Translations under genes and position numbers: made by a program | Assembly: GCA_030265395.1 (NCBI GenBank) | Contig: JARFYF010000058.1 | Span: forward strand, 12,467,495-12,531,494 | Reading direction: 5' to 3' | DNA length: 64,000 bases | Source: Rhina ancylostomus | Lineage: Eukaryota | In this document: one piece after another, positions 13,351 to 27,050 of the stretch | How the letters are laid out: each line of letters opens with the position of its first letter | Numbering within the stretch: the first letter of the stretch is position 1 | Notes under the pieces: generated by a model | The model's database searches: none | What the model saw: the letters and a program-made list of their open reading frames with translations, nothing else | What the model was told of the DNA's origin: nothing

Positions 13351-15819
13351 TCATAAGGCTGCACAACTGTGAGCTGTGCTGCATAGAGGGGTTGACAAAT
13401 TAGTCACATAAAATTGACTTGTGGTCAAGGAACTGGGTGGCAGGAAAGGGAATGGAACAGAACGAGAATCGCCCATATGGGAACGTTGGCTGGGTTCTGA
13501 TTCAGGTGAACATATCTGGGAACATTTGTAGTCAGCCGATCTGGAGAACTCACAGGCTGCAGGCTTCAACTTGTCATAAGCCCAAACCACCACACCAGGT
13601 ATGCACATGTGCTCAGATCAAGGGGTGGGGATGAACCTTTGAACCTGCAGATTGCTCCAGATCCCTGGAGAGCTGGAAATTATCATGAGAAGCCAAGTCA
13701 AATCCCAAGTATGTGGCTCAAGCCCTAGATTTGGATTCAGACAGTCTGGCAACAGTGTCTCTGCAAAGTCAAAATAGTTCTCTCTTATTTCACAATTACC
13801 ATATGAATCCAATCTTAAACAGCAAAAGTGAAGATTGACTTCATTAGAAAAAGTTGCATCTGATGGAATGCATCACCAAGGATATCATCAATGATAGGAT
13901 CTGCTTTAATTCAATCCACATTGGCTATAATACAACAGCCTGTCAAATTAAATATTGCTGCTCTAGTTAATTGCGAATCTGAGAAAGGTAGGGACATGAT
14001 TTTAGGCTGTTTGCCTCATTAATAATGCTTGTGATGAATCTGGTGGCAATTCTTTGGCCAATTCCACACAACATGGCTATATTTTTTATTGCTTATACAA
14101 CAGGCAGTGGAAAACTGATTTCCTTTGCTTCCTCTTTGCTGCTAATGGATTAAGCTTGGATTAAAGTCACTTCCTGCCCTGATTTTTGTAGGAAATGTAA
14201 TCAGGTGTAAGGTCATGCTAATCTACAGAACCATCAGACAAAGAAAATGATGAAATAAATGTTAAGTTAAATATTTAAAACATCTTCGACAAAATCTAAC
14301 ATTTTAACTGGAACACTTCTGCAAAAAATTTCCAAGTTGGATTGTACCTCTATGTAAACTCAACTGGGAAATTCAGTTTCATCAAAGGGTCTGGGACCTG
14401 AAATGTTCACTGTTTCTCTTTCCACAGATGATGCCTGACCTCCTAACCTCCTGAGAGTTTCCAGCATTTTCTGTTTTGATTTCGGATTTCCAGCATCTTA
14501 GTTTTATTTAATATTCATTTACTGACAGTTTTTGCTGTTCTGCCTGTCACCAGGAGAGGGAGATATCATGCCTCTGTCAGCTGTAGTAATTTATAACAAA
14601 ACATTTATTTGATTTGGTTTATTATTAGCATTGTAGTATATTCCTTCAATCCTCAAATTTTCTTGCATTTGGAAAACAGCTTCTACCATGATCCCACTAG
14701 GTGACACATAAATAATGTAGCCCTTTCTAAATATACTGAGTTAATTATAGCCCCAGTGTCAAATTCTGGACAGTGAAAGTGATCCTCAGAGGAGCTCAGC
14801 TACTAAAACCTTCCACATCATTATGTGAAAAACTGATTTCCTTTGGTTCTTCAGATAGTTTTATCAAATGACTAACAATCCCTTTGTGGAGGGCCTACCC
14901 AAGTTAGACAGTAGAAGGAAATTAAACAGGTAGTTCGTGGCCACACAGCAGAATGTGATCACCTCATCTGTATACAAGGTATGAGCAAAGCAACTTATTA
15001 TTTATTTACCCTTCTATTGACCTGGAATTTTGGACAAAAAACACTGTTGTATTCTGGCTGAGCATCTAAAAATCGATTTCTTCTGGAGTGGAATGTGATT
15101 GTATACATTTCTGGTTTAAATTGCGCCTCTGTGGGAACTCATCTGGACATTTTTGAGAAGACTCCCTCTTGTGCATTTGATGTGATTTCTGCATCAGACA
15201 TGTATTGAGTGATGACATACACTGAGCAGTGCTCCAGGGAAGTTAGTTCTCCTTGTTCCAAGAGTGTCCAGTGTGGGACCTCCCAAGAAAATCTGGTTTT
15301 AATAATGCTCTTCTGGTCTGGGATCCCATTCATCAAGGTGCTCCCTTTGTCCTCAACTTCCACCCTCAGGCCTTCATATTTAACAAACCATCCTCTGCCA
15401 TTCCCACATCTCCACCAAAAACATTTTCTCTCCCCTATCTAATAAATACTCAGAAGACTATTAATGCTGACCTCCTGAGAGGTCACAGCATTTTCTGTTT
15501 TGATTTCAGATTATTAAATGTTAAGGAGATTACCCTGGTAAACTCCTTAAATCATCACCAACAACATGGCACTGACTCACGCAGTAGCAGAATGTGCAAC
15601 CCTTATTGGTTAAGCATGTCGGGGTGGAAGTGTTGGGGAGAGGAGATGGACTGGTCCAAGGCAACAGGGGCCATGGGAGAGTGGTTTGTCAGCTGAAGCA
15701 ACAATGTGCCAGATCCCTTAATATAGTCTTGTGGACTCCTGCAAACCACAAGTTGCAAACCATTGCTCTATAGTGACCTTTTGCTTCTTCACTTGGCACA
15801 CTGTCATTTTCTTTGGCCT

Positions 15820-17285
15820 CGTACCATCAAAACTGAAGTCAAAGGGTTTCACAGAGAAATAATTTCAATGGCTGGAATCATACCTGTGGTTGTCAGAGAT
15901 CAATTATCCCAGCCCCAGAGCATCAGCACAGGGCATCCTCTGGCTGGTGTCCCAGGCCTGACCATCTTCAGCTGCTTCGTCAATGACGTTCCTTCCATCA
16001 TAAGGCCAAGGAGGATGTTTGTTAATGACTGTTCAGTTCAACTCAAAACTCCTTGGCAAATGAAGCAGCCCATTCCTACAATATAGCTAGATGACATTGG
16101 GCCTGGGCTGAAAAGTGACAAATAACAATTGTATCAGGAAAGTGGCAGGCAATGGGCATGTCCAAGGAGAAAGAGTCTAAGCACCTAACCTTGGTATTCA
16201 GTGGCTGCCATCACTGTGTCCGCCACCATAATTATTGTGACTACAAGGGCAGGTTGGAGGCTGGATATCCTGACATCCCAAAACCTCCCACTGTCAACAT
16301 GGCATGTGTCAGTAGCATAGAGTACCCTCAACTTGCCTGGATGAGTGCAGTACCAGCAGTTCTCAAGGAACTCTGCCACACTATCCAGGGCAAAGCAGTC
16401 TGCTTGATTGGCACTCTATCAATTACCCTAAACATTCAATCCCTCTACCACTGCCACACAGTGGCTGCAGTGTATGTGCACCATCTACAAAATGTGCTGC
16501 AGTTACCTGCTCAGCGCTACTGTGACAGCACCTCCCAAACCAGCAACCTCTACCATGAAAGGCAATGGCAGCAAATGGATGAGAACATCCCTACCCGCAG
16601 GCTCCCTGTCATGGTTCTGAGTTCTGGCCCTCAATTTGGCTCCCAATTTGGCTCCTTTAATGCCTTGTTGTCCAGCACATGGATTCCATGCTGGACTGAT
16701 TGTATAATGACANNNNNNNNNNNNNNNNNNNNNNNNNNNNNNNNNNNNNNNNNNNNNNNNNNNNNNNNNNNNNNNNNNNNNNNNNNNNNNNNNNNNNNNN
16801 NNNNNNNNNNNNAGAACCTGTGTTTCTCTGGCACTAGTTGCCAGAGTATTGGTCTACCTTTAGGTATACTTTGGCTCCTAGTTGCTTAGTGGTTTACTCT
16901 AGAGCAGTCCTGTGTTCTCTATTCCTTCGTGAAGATCCAGTTCGTGTTGGAATTCCTCTTCTGATCTCTGAGGCAAGATTCCTTCCAGTTACTGCCTGTA
17001 ATTGTCCTGAGGAAGTATCCTGACTCCAGTCTTGTATTGGTGTGCTGCATTTGGGTTCTCCGTGAATTTGTTCTCAATCAACATTGTGACACTCCCCTCC
17101 AAATCACACACCATTCTAATCTGTAAGTAAATCACCACTCCCTTATCATTGCTATGTCTAAATTCTGGAACTCCCTCTGCTACAGCACTGTGGGAGTACC
17201 TTCAGAAGGACGACAGCTCTTCAAGAAGGCAGCTCATTGCTACTAACCCAAGAGCAATGGGGGATAAACACTGGCCTTGCAAAAA
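15820..17285 (+). mobile_element. Decayed non-LTR retrotransposon (CR1/L2 clade), RT region plus 3' end, interrupted by a solo LTR
   Basis: GVPGLTIFSCFVNDVPSIIR..RMFVND resembles RT motifs (PQGSVLGP..F..FINDL; MFADD). Confidence 0.7.
16607..17091 (+). mobile_element. Solo LTR (Gypsy-like) with 5-bp target-site duplication
   Basis: Begins TGTCA and ends TGACA; flanked by CTCCC at 16602-16606 and 17092-17096; the host LINE resumes afterwards; contains an N-gap. Confidence 0.75.
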
Positions 17286-17459
17286 TTATTTTCTCCAGTG
17301 TTCCAGCCCTCACAGACCTTTTATGGTCTCCCCTCTCCTGCCCTCTTTCTTTTACCTTAAAATTTGTTTCCTTTCTAACTTTGCCAGGCTTTGAAGAAAG
17401 GGGACAGACCTGAAGTGCTCTCTGTTTGCTCTCCAGAGATGCTGTGTAGTTGAGTATAG

Positions 17460-18068
17460 AAGCTGAGATGTTATGTTGCAGTTGTACGAGACGTTGATGA
17501 GGCTGCATTTGGAATATTGTGTTTGGTTCTGGTCACCCTACTATAGGAAAGATGCCACTAAGCTGGAAAGAGTGCAGAGGAGATTTGAGGATGTTGCTGG
17601 GTCTCGAGGGACTGAGTTATGGAGAGAGGTTGAGCAGGTTGGGACATTTTTCAATGGAGCGTAGGAAAATGAGGGGTGACCTTACAGATGTGAAAAGAAT
17701 TATCTTACCTTATCTCTTATGAGGGGCATGCATAGGGTGAATGCACAGTCTTTTTCCCAGGGCTGGAAAATCAAGAACTAGGGGGCACAGGCTTAACATG
17801 TGAGGGGAGAGATTTACTAGGAATCTGCAGGGCAACCTTTTCACCCAGAGAGTGGTCAGTATATGGAATAAGCTGCCTGAGGAAGTGGTTGAGGCAGGTA
17901 CATTAACAACATTTCAAAGGTACTTGGACAGGTCCATGGATAGGAAATGTTTAGAGGAACATGGGCCAAATGTGGGCAAATGGGACTAGCTTAGATGGGA
18001 ATCTTGGTCAGTATTGACTGGTTGGGCTGAAGGGCCTGTTTCCATGCTGTATGACTCCATGACTCTAT
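17460..18068 (+). mobile_element. CR1 LINE 3' portion
   Basis: MLQLYETLMRLHLEYCVWFWSPYYRKD..KLERVQRRF; LSYGERLSRLGHFSMERRKMRGDL; short tandem tail tatgactccatgactctatg. Confidence 0.9.
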
Positions 18069-19724
18069 GAGATGTTGCCAGACCTGTCAAGTATGTCCAG
18101 CATTGTCTGCATTTCAGGTTCACAGTATCTGCAGTATTTTGCTTTGGGATGGAATATCGTAAGGATGTGTCAAGAGGTTTATTGGACTGTGATTTAAGTA
18201 ACATGGCAATTAATGACAAAGAATATCTAAATGCTTGGCATATTTGTCTTGTGAATGAGGAGGCCAGCTGCTTAGCTTGTTTATGAGACAGGTACTAAAT
18301 TTGGCAAAGAATTATAACATGTTCATCGAGAGAAACCGAACCTTTCACAGGAAACCTAGCTAGATAACAACAGTGATAAGAAATACTTTCAGTGTTCTAC
18401 CATAAGTAGTGCTCTCACTACCACCCTCCCCTTTTGTTTTTTGCTCTGCAGTTTAATTAAATCAAAATTCATGCCCTTGCTAATTAAAACAAAAGAAAAG
18501 AACTTTAAGGTTCTTCAATTAGGCAAAGTCATGCCTGAAACACAGCCAAATGCCAAGGCAGCATCGTTTCTGACAAATTTTTAACCTATTTCATAGCTGA
18601 GTCCTTAGAGGCATTGAGTATTTTACTTCTGAAAGTGACTGGTGACTTGTTTAAAGTCGCAGGCAGAAGTGAGATAACATGGTGTTTGAGGACAGGATGT
18701 TGTACTGCTAAATTAGTCATTTTCTCCTTCCTCCATACCCACCGCCCCAACACTGCAACTGAGTTGCATACCCACTCACTGTTGCCAAGTATCTGATATG
18801 TGTAACCTTGGTGTAAGCCAAGGGTTGAGGCTGCCACCATTGTGATGTGTCCAGTCCAAGGACAGAGCATTTGGTTTGCTTCCAATGTGTCATCAGTGAG
18901 GTGAGAGAGAAGGGAACGTTGCAAAGTTTATATTTATTTTTAGTTTGGATTTATTGCACCATTTCCTAATATTCATTCACAGAACTTGGAATAACCACAT
19001 TTATTAGCCATCCAGAGCTCTCCATGAACTGAGTAATTTGTGAGCCATTGCAGAGGGTAGTTAAAAGTCAGTCTGGACATACTTAAAGGCCAGGATGGGT
19101 AAGTACAGCAGATTCCTCATCCTTAAAATCATTATTGAGCCAGATCAGTTTTACAACAATCCAGTTATTTCATGCTTATTAATGATGCCATCTTTTAGAT
19201 TCCAGATTTGATTATTTGCTTAAATTTAAATTTCCAAGTTGCTATGGTGGGATTTGAACTTGTATCATCAGATCAATAGCTTATGCTGATAGTCTGATCT
19301 ACTAGACCCTTTGTCATGCTCTTCCATGTTCTTCAAGGACCTTAAAATGGCACAATAGCTTTTCCCTCAAGTTTCAACTTACTATTACTCAGTTACAAAC
19401 TCGAGATTTAGGTTACCTTAGTCCCTAATTCTTTAAACAATAATGGTCTGCTAGGGGGTTAGTTCAACCATGGATTGTTCTGTAGTATTGAAGGCAACTC
19501 AGTAGTTCTGGAAAGTGAGTCCTGGGATCTCAGCAGTCAAATTCACAAACAAATTTTTGTTAGGGAGTAAGCTCTCTGAACAATGGTGGTCAACTGTGAA
19601 TGTGGCAAAGGAATTCAGACATTCTAATGCTTTGTAGACAAATACTGTTCCATTCCTGTACATGGGTACTGCAGGAGTCCACAAGGCATCATCAGGAGCC
19701 AACTCAAACTTAGGAAATAACTTG

Positions 19725-20360
19725 AGAACATAGAACAATACAGCACAGGAACAGGCCAATTCAGCCCATGATATTGTGCCGAACTAATTAGCTAAACACC
19801 TAACTAAACTAATCTCTTCTACCTACACAATGTCCATATCCCTCCATTCTCTGCACATTCATGTGCCTACCTAAGAGCCTCTTAAACACCTCTATCATAT
19901 TTGCCTCCACTACCCCCCTGGCAGTGCATTCCAGGCACCCACCACTTTGTGTAGACAACTTGCTCCACACATCTCCTTTGAATTTACCCCCTCCATCTTT
20001 AAACATGTCCTCTGGTATTAGACATTTTGACCCTGGGGGAAAAAGATACCAGCTGTCTACTCTATCTATTCCTCTCATAATCTTATAACCCTCTGGGGTC
20101 TCTCCTCAGCCTCCACTGTTCCAGAGCAAGCAACCCAAGTTTGTCCAACCTTTCCCTATAGTACATGCCCTCTAATCCAGATAGAATCCTGGTAAACCTC
20201 TTCTGCACCCTCTCCAAAGCCTCCACATCCTTCCTATAATGGGGTGACCAGAAATGAATACTATACTCCAGATGCAGCCTAATCAGAGTTTTATAAAGCT
20301 GCAACATAACTTCCTGACTCTTGAACTCAATGCCTTGACTGCTGAAGGCAAGCGTGCCAA
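19725..20360 (-). mobile_element. CR1 LINE 3' portion
   Basis: MLQLYKTLIRLHLEYSIHFWSPHYRKDVEALERVQKRFTR..RERLDKLGL. Confidence 0.9.
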
Positions 20361-21989
20361 CCTTAATCCATTACAAAGATATATTTGGTGGTATCTTCTA
20401 GCATCAGCCTTAATCCTTCATTTAAGATGCCCCAAAACTCAAGACCTAAGACAACTGGTACCTGTGTTAAATTTCCAACTTGGCTCAAGATCCTGACAAC
20501 AACCACAAATAACCATAAAATGGCCCAAGGCACTCCTGAGGAGAGTATTCAAGGCAAAATTGACTCAGTCATGAAGCAAACATGGGGACATGTGGCCTGG
20601 TGTCACTCATACCTCAAGTTAGTCTGGTGCTCTGGAATGAATTACCTGGATCTGGCCCATGTAGGAAAACATATTTACCATATTGTGTATCTACAACATC
20701 AAGGTGATCATTTTATGAAGAGTTTCTACTAAAAGTTATTCAGAACATTAAAGACAATCAACAGCTCCTGACTTTACAGAGGCAGAAACAGATACCATTA
20801 TCAATCCTGAGTGATATTTATGTTCACCCAGAAATAATGTGTAAAGCCATCAGTAGCTCGAATTTGCTTTGAATTCTTGTTATTTGTATTTTTTCACTAA
20901 AAATTCTTGGTTATTGAAAATTTCACATGAGCAAGGTTTTACAAGTCAGAAGATATGAATTACTAAATTAAAGGTAAAGATGTGGGTTTGTACACTTAAA
21001 TTTTACACATTAATTGTTCTTGAATCCTTGTTGCTGCAAGCTGTTGAAAACATAAGCCAGGGATTTGCATACAACACTCTAGCTAAATCACATGAGTACT
21101 ATCAAGCTTAAGTGTCTGAACCTTAGCTGAATAGATGTCAACAATAACTTTGATTTCCAAAATTTTATCTAAGCCCTAAGCTCTCCTAATTTGCCTTCAT
21201 TAATTTAGAATGGCTGGTGCCCATTTCTCTTGGGCAAATTTCACAAAAGTTTATTTTGCCTGAAACAGTTTATCCAAACAATCATTCCCAGGTGAAATAG
21301 CACCCATTGAGGAAATTTTACTGAAGCCCTCCATGAGCCGAAGTGTCTCCTGCAACAAGCAAGTGACATCTCCATTCATGATATACCCCTATCCAATATA
21401 AATTGAAGACTTAGGATACAGTCCCTGACCATCATTGAACAGCCACAGTACAACTATAATTGCTCTTGAATGCTTGTTGCTGTTCAAATTGGAATGGATA
21501 ACTTCATATTAAAGCTTGTACCATAAAGAATTTTGTTTCTACAACATATATAACTACATTATCTTTAATTTAATACAGATAAGTATATAGTAAGTTCTTT
21601 GTTATAATATTTTAACATCATTTTTTAAATAGTATTATGCTTTCTTATTTTGGGATTGCTCTTTCCCTGAACGTGTGAACTCCCATCCTAGTCATTCCTG
21701 ATTCTAATACTGAGCAGCCTTCTTGACTCTGCCCAATTAAATATGCTTGGTAAAATAAAATCTTGGTCTCATGGTTGGTGCTTTTGGATCTTCAACACAA
21801 CATCAAACTTCAATTGTAAGATATGAACTCAGAGCTTTCCATTTCCAACTGAGGCTGCCAAATTGCATTCCTGTACCCCATTGCCCAAAGAAAGCAGTCT
21901 CACAGAACAGTGTACTCACCATTTTCAGGAGTTTGTAATGCTGTCTAGAGGTAAGTGGTTGAAAAGAGGCTCTCTGAACTTTTTTTTAA

Positions 21990-22293
21990 AAAAACGGGTA
22001 TTTACTGGAAATAGGCAGATAGAACTGGGTGGGGATGGAGGATAGAGACAAGCAGGTCGGTGATAAGTGGAAGCAGATAAGGGAGGGATGGAATTAGGTG
22101 GGGGAAAGGCTGGGTAGAGGTAACGAGTCTTAGAAATGTGGGGGATAGGGATGAAAAATGTGAACAAAGGGAGAAAGAACCTGAATGTACTGGTGGGAGT
22201 GGGAAAGGAACACAGGCAGTGTGGGTTACCTGAAGTTCAAAAATTCTATGTTCATACCATTGGGCTGTAGGTTTCCCAAGCAGAATATGAGAC
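21990..22293 (-). mobile_element. Penelope-like element 3' remnant
   Basis: Reverse complement resembles the 34.4-kb copy (LGSLQP.G.NIEFSNFR followed by a pyrimidine-rich tract). Confidence 0.5.
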
Positions 22294-24140
22294 ACAGCAT
22301 GGATTCAGGAAGGGCAGATCCTGTTTGACAAACTTATCGGAGTCCTTTGAGGATATAATGAGCACAGTGGATAGAGGGGAATAGGTGGATACAATAGACA
22401 ATAGGAGCAGAAGTAGACCATTCGGCCCTTCGAGTCTGCACCGCCATTTTGAGATCNNNNNNNNNNNNNNNNNNNNNNNNNNNNNNNNNNNNNNNNNNNN
22501 NNNNNNNNNNNNNNNNNNNNNNNNNNNNNNNNNNNNNNNNNNNNNNNNNNNNNNNNCTAACTAGTGGGCCTAAAGGTAAACAAGTCCCCTGGTCCTGATG
22601 GGATGCATCCCAGGATACTGAAAGAAATGGTATAGTAGAGGCATTTGTGATAATTTACCAAAATTCTCAGGACTCTGGGCAGGTCCTGGCAGATTGGAAG
22701 ACAGTGAATGTCACACCATTGTTTAAAAAAAGATGTAGGAAACAGGCAGGTAACAATAGGCCAGTTAGCTTAACGACTGTAGTCAGGAAAATGCTTGAAG
22801 CTATCATTAAGGAAGAAATAGAGAGACATCTGGATAGAAATGGTTCCATCAGGCAGACGCAGCATGGATTCAGGAAGGGCAGGTCCTGTTTGACAAACTT
22901 ACTAAAGTTCTTTGAGGATATAACAAGTGCAGTGGATCGAGGGGAACAAGTGTATGTTGTATACTTGGATTTCCAGAAGGCATTTGATAAGGTGCTGCAT
23001 AAAAGACTTATCCATGAGGTAAGGATGCATGGAGTTGGGGTTAATTATTTGCATGGATAGGTGACTAATTAACCAATAGAAGGCAAAGAGTTGGGATAAA
23101 TGGGTGTTCCTCTGGTTGGCAATCAGTGATGAGTGGAGTGCCGCTGGGATCGGTGCTGGGCCTGCAGCTGTTCACGATATATATTAATGATTTGGAAGAG
23201 AGGATTGAGTGTAGTGTATCTAAGTTTGCTAATGGCACTTCGTGGAAAAGCAAATTGTGCAGAGGGTGCAGAGGATGCAGAGAGTCTGCAGAGAGATATA
23301 GATATGTTAAGTGAATGGACAAGGGTTTGGCAGATGGAGTACAATGTTAATAAATGCGAGGACATCCACTTTGGAAGGAGCAATAGAAGATCAGATTATT
23401 ATTTAAATCGTGAAAGATTGCAGCACGCTGTGTGCAGAGGGACTTGGGAGTGCCTGTGCGTGAATCACAAAGGGTCGGTTTGCAGGTACGTCAGGTTATC
23501 AAGAAGTCAAATGGAAGGATTGCTTGAAGGATTGAATTTAAGAGCAGGGAGGTTATGCTGCAACTTTACAGGGTACGGGTGAGGCTGTATCTGGAGTACT
23601 GCCTGCAGTTCTGGTCTCCTTACTTAAGGAAAGATATACTGCCTTTGGAGGTGGTGCAGAGGTGGTTCACCGTGTTGATTCCTGAGAAGAGGGGGTTAGC
23701 CTATGAGTAGAGGTTGAGTCGCCCAGGACTATACTCACTGGAATTCAGAAGAATGAGAGGGGATCTTAATAGAAATATGTAAAATTATGAAAGGGATAAA
23801 CAAGATAGAGGCAGGAAGATTTCTAACACTGGCAGGTGAGACTAAAACTAGGGGACATAGCCTCAAGATTTGGGAAAGTAAATTAGAACAGAGATGAGGA
23901 GAAACTGCTTTTCCCAGAGAGTAGTCAATCTGTGGAATTCTCTGCCCAGGAAAGCAATGGAGACTACCTCATTAATTATCACAGTTAGATAGACTTTTGC
24001 ATAGCAGGGGAGTTAGGTTATGGGGAAAAGGCAGGTTGGTGAATCTAAGTACACGGACAGATCAGCCATGATCTTATTGAATGGTGGAGCAGGCTCGATG
24101 GGCCACATGGCCTCCTCCTGCTCCTGTTTCTTATGTTCTC
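22294..24140 (+). mobile_element. CR1 LINE reverse transcriptase (frameshifted, 5'-truncated) through the 3' UTR
   Basis: DWKTVNVTPLFKK..NNRPVSLT..QHGFRKGRSCLTNL..YLDFQKAFDKV; SGVPLGSVLG..FTIYINDL; WQMEYNVNKC; multiple frameshifts and stops. Confidence 0.93.
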
Positions 24141-24679
24141 AATCTGTTGATATTGTGAGACCTGACTGTGCAGCTTCAGAATTCACTGCAGGCTATTCAA
24201 ACGCTTTACAGAGTTCATGGAGTGAGTTGGTGACACACTCATTCTTTGGGTCTGTCAGTGGTGACACTGGTGGCAGAAGTTCATTCCTGGAGGCTTTAAC
24301 TGATGGTTCAGGGACATTGAGGTAGGAAGCAAAGACAGGCCTATCCGTGTAGAGCCTACTCCCACACAGACTTCAGACACATCACTTTGTATCTCCCATT
24401 TGCAATGTATTGGCAGGCTCTGGATATGTGAAATAATGTGGGAAGACACTCAGCTGTGCTCTCATGCCTGAATTCTTCCTTCCTTGAAGAAGAAGGTCAT
24501 GATGCTTTCCACCTTCCTTACCAAAGGCTCTTTCCAGACAGTTGCAGCAGAATGTCACAGCTCACAATTTGCTATTCACCACAGCATCAGAATGTTCAGT
24601 GAGGCACCACACACATGAAGAGATGGCCTTGTCTACTTTGATTTCAGTACCAGGTAATATCTTGGTCACTGGATTTGTC

Positions 24680-25305
24680 AACATTGCTAGCTTCCCATGA
24701 CAGGGGATACAACACCTGACCTTTTACCTCTTTCCTCTTCCCTTCTCGTCATCCAGGGCAGCAGCTATGCACTTGCACTTCTTCCAATCTAATGCATTAG
24801 ATTCAATGCTCAAGATGTGATCTTTTTTACCTTGGAGAAACCAAATGCAGATTGGCCGAGCAACATGCAGAACACCTTCATTTAGTCTGAAAGGTTAACC
24901 CTGAGCTTTCATTCACTTGTAACTTTATTTCTCCACTTTTCTGCCTTCAGCCTCCCAGGTTCCTCCAGTGGTGCACTTTATAAAGCTCAAGGAGCAGCAT
25001 TCCTCTCTGTGTGGGCACATGGCAAACCTTGACACAATACTGAATTTAACAGTTTCAGGTAATCACCACTTAAAAAAATTATCTTGACAAATTTAATCAA
25101 CATCCACTAACAGACATTCCAACTGTTCTCCCTACACCCACTCTGCACTCCACCATTCTGTATAAATGAAGCACACACTTTTTGCTCACTTCCCCAATTC
25201 TGAAACATTGACTTTTGTTTCTCTCCCAGTGGACGCTGCTTAACCCACCATGTGTTCCCATCACTTTCTGTTTCCTAGCATCTGCCGTTTTTTGCTTCAG
25301 CATAT
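24680..25305 (+). mobile_element. Penelope-like element remnant with a decayed GIY-YIG endonuclease
   Basis: 24768-24878 translates CTCTSSNLMH*IQCSRCDLFYLGETKCRLAEQHAEHL, matching the Penelope CxSxNxxYxIxCxxC..YIGET..L..R..EH pattern. Confidence 0.8.
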
Positions 25306-26094
25306 CAGTTTATATGTTAATCCTTACACCTTGCTAATGAACTGCAGCTTTATATTTATGCGTCCAGTCAAAATGAACCATTTTTTTATCAAGTAAGGCC
25401 ATTTTAGAGCATAAAATGAACATGCTAAGAATACATTCTAACTTCATTGAGATGCTCATAAATTAAATGCTGTGCCTTTTGCCGTTCTGAACTCCATACT
25501 TTCTTTGTCACACTTATTTTAATGGGTCGAGTGGACCTCTGGTTGTGACTTCAATAAATGCACAGCCTTTGAAGGGCAGAAAAAAGAATGCACCATACAT
25601 CGTAACCATTGTATTAGCATTAAGTTATAAATTCCACTAATCCATTGAAGGTGATTTACAAGCCCTTTGTTGCTGTCATTGTGGCACTTGGCTTTAATGT
25701 GCACAAATCTAAGTTTAATATTGCTTCTTTTGTGCCTAATACACCTACAGGGATAACTTTCAGCTGCCATGAACTAAATAACAACTGGTTTTCCTTTCAA
25801 ATGCCAAAATGAAAATCAGTAGTTCTGAAAAACCTATTGCCCCAGTCAAATTAATGCTCAAGGTGAAGTGGCTATGCATTGTGGAATTATTCTGAGAGCA
25901 AAATTGTGTTTATTTAAGATTGTTCTGAGCATGACTGTTACTCAAAGTGTGCTCAAAGGAACATTTGAGTACATTGAATAACTGATCTGAAGACAATATC
26001 CATTAGAATGATAATTAATGTCTAAGCTACATTCTAACCAGAAGTAGGAACAGTGCACAATCCAGAAAAAGACAATTTTGACCATCATCATTAT

Positions 26095-27050
26095 ATTTCT
26101 GATATATATTAATGATTTAGCTGATGGAATTAAATGTAATATGTCCAGCTATGGAGACGGCACAAAGCTGGGTGGAAGTGTGACCTGTGTGGAATATACA
26201 GAAAAGCTCCAGTGGGATTCGGACAGGTTGAGAGAGTATGGCAGATGCAATATAATGTGATTTTATTGATGCAATAATATGTGAGATTATCCACTTTGTT
26301 CAATAAAATGGGAAATCAGTTTATTATTTGAATGGCAGTAGATTGGGGAAGAGGGAGATGTAAAACTTAAGTGTCCTTATGTACCAGTTGTTGAAAGTAA
26401 GCATTCAGGTGCAGCAGGCAGTTAGGATGGCAAATTGTATGTTGGCTTCCATGGTGAGAGGATTCAAGCAAGGAGAAGCAATTATACAAGGCCTAGGTGA
26501 GATCACATCCTGAGTATTGTGCATAGTTTTGGTCTCTATATCTGAAGAAGGATGTTCTTTCAGTGGAGCTTGACCAGCAAGGGTTCACCACACTGATTTT
26601 TGAGACTGATGTATGAAGAGAGATTGGGTCAATTAGGCCTATATTGCTAGTGTTTTGAAGAATGAAAGGGGATTTCATAGAAACCTAAGAAATATTCTGG
26701 CAGGACTGGACAGACTAGATGCAAGAGGGATGTTCCCGATAGTGGGGCAGTCCAGGACTAGGGGTCAAAGTCCGAGGATCAGGGTAAGCCATGTAGATGA
26801 AAGAAATTTCTTCACCCAGAATGTAGTGAGTGGGACAATTCTCTACTGCAAAAGGCAGTTGAAGCAAGATCATTAAATATCTCAAAGAAGGAGTTATTGG
26901 GGCTTCTTAAAGTGATCTAGAGATATGGGGAATAAGTAGGAACAGGGTACTGAATTTGGATGATCATCCATGATTATATTGAATGATGGAGCGGTCTTGA
27001 AGGGACAAATGGCCTACTTTCTCTATCACCTATTTCCTATGTTTCTATGT
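26095..27050 (+). mobile_element. Decayed CR1 LINE, RT C-terminal half and 3' end
   Basis: FLIYINDLADGIKCNMSSYGDGTKLGG; SRTRGQS.RIR..RNFFTQ.VV. Confidence 0.88.
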
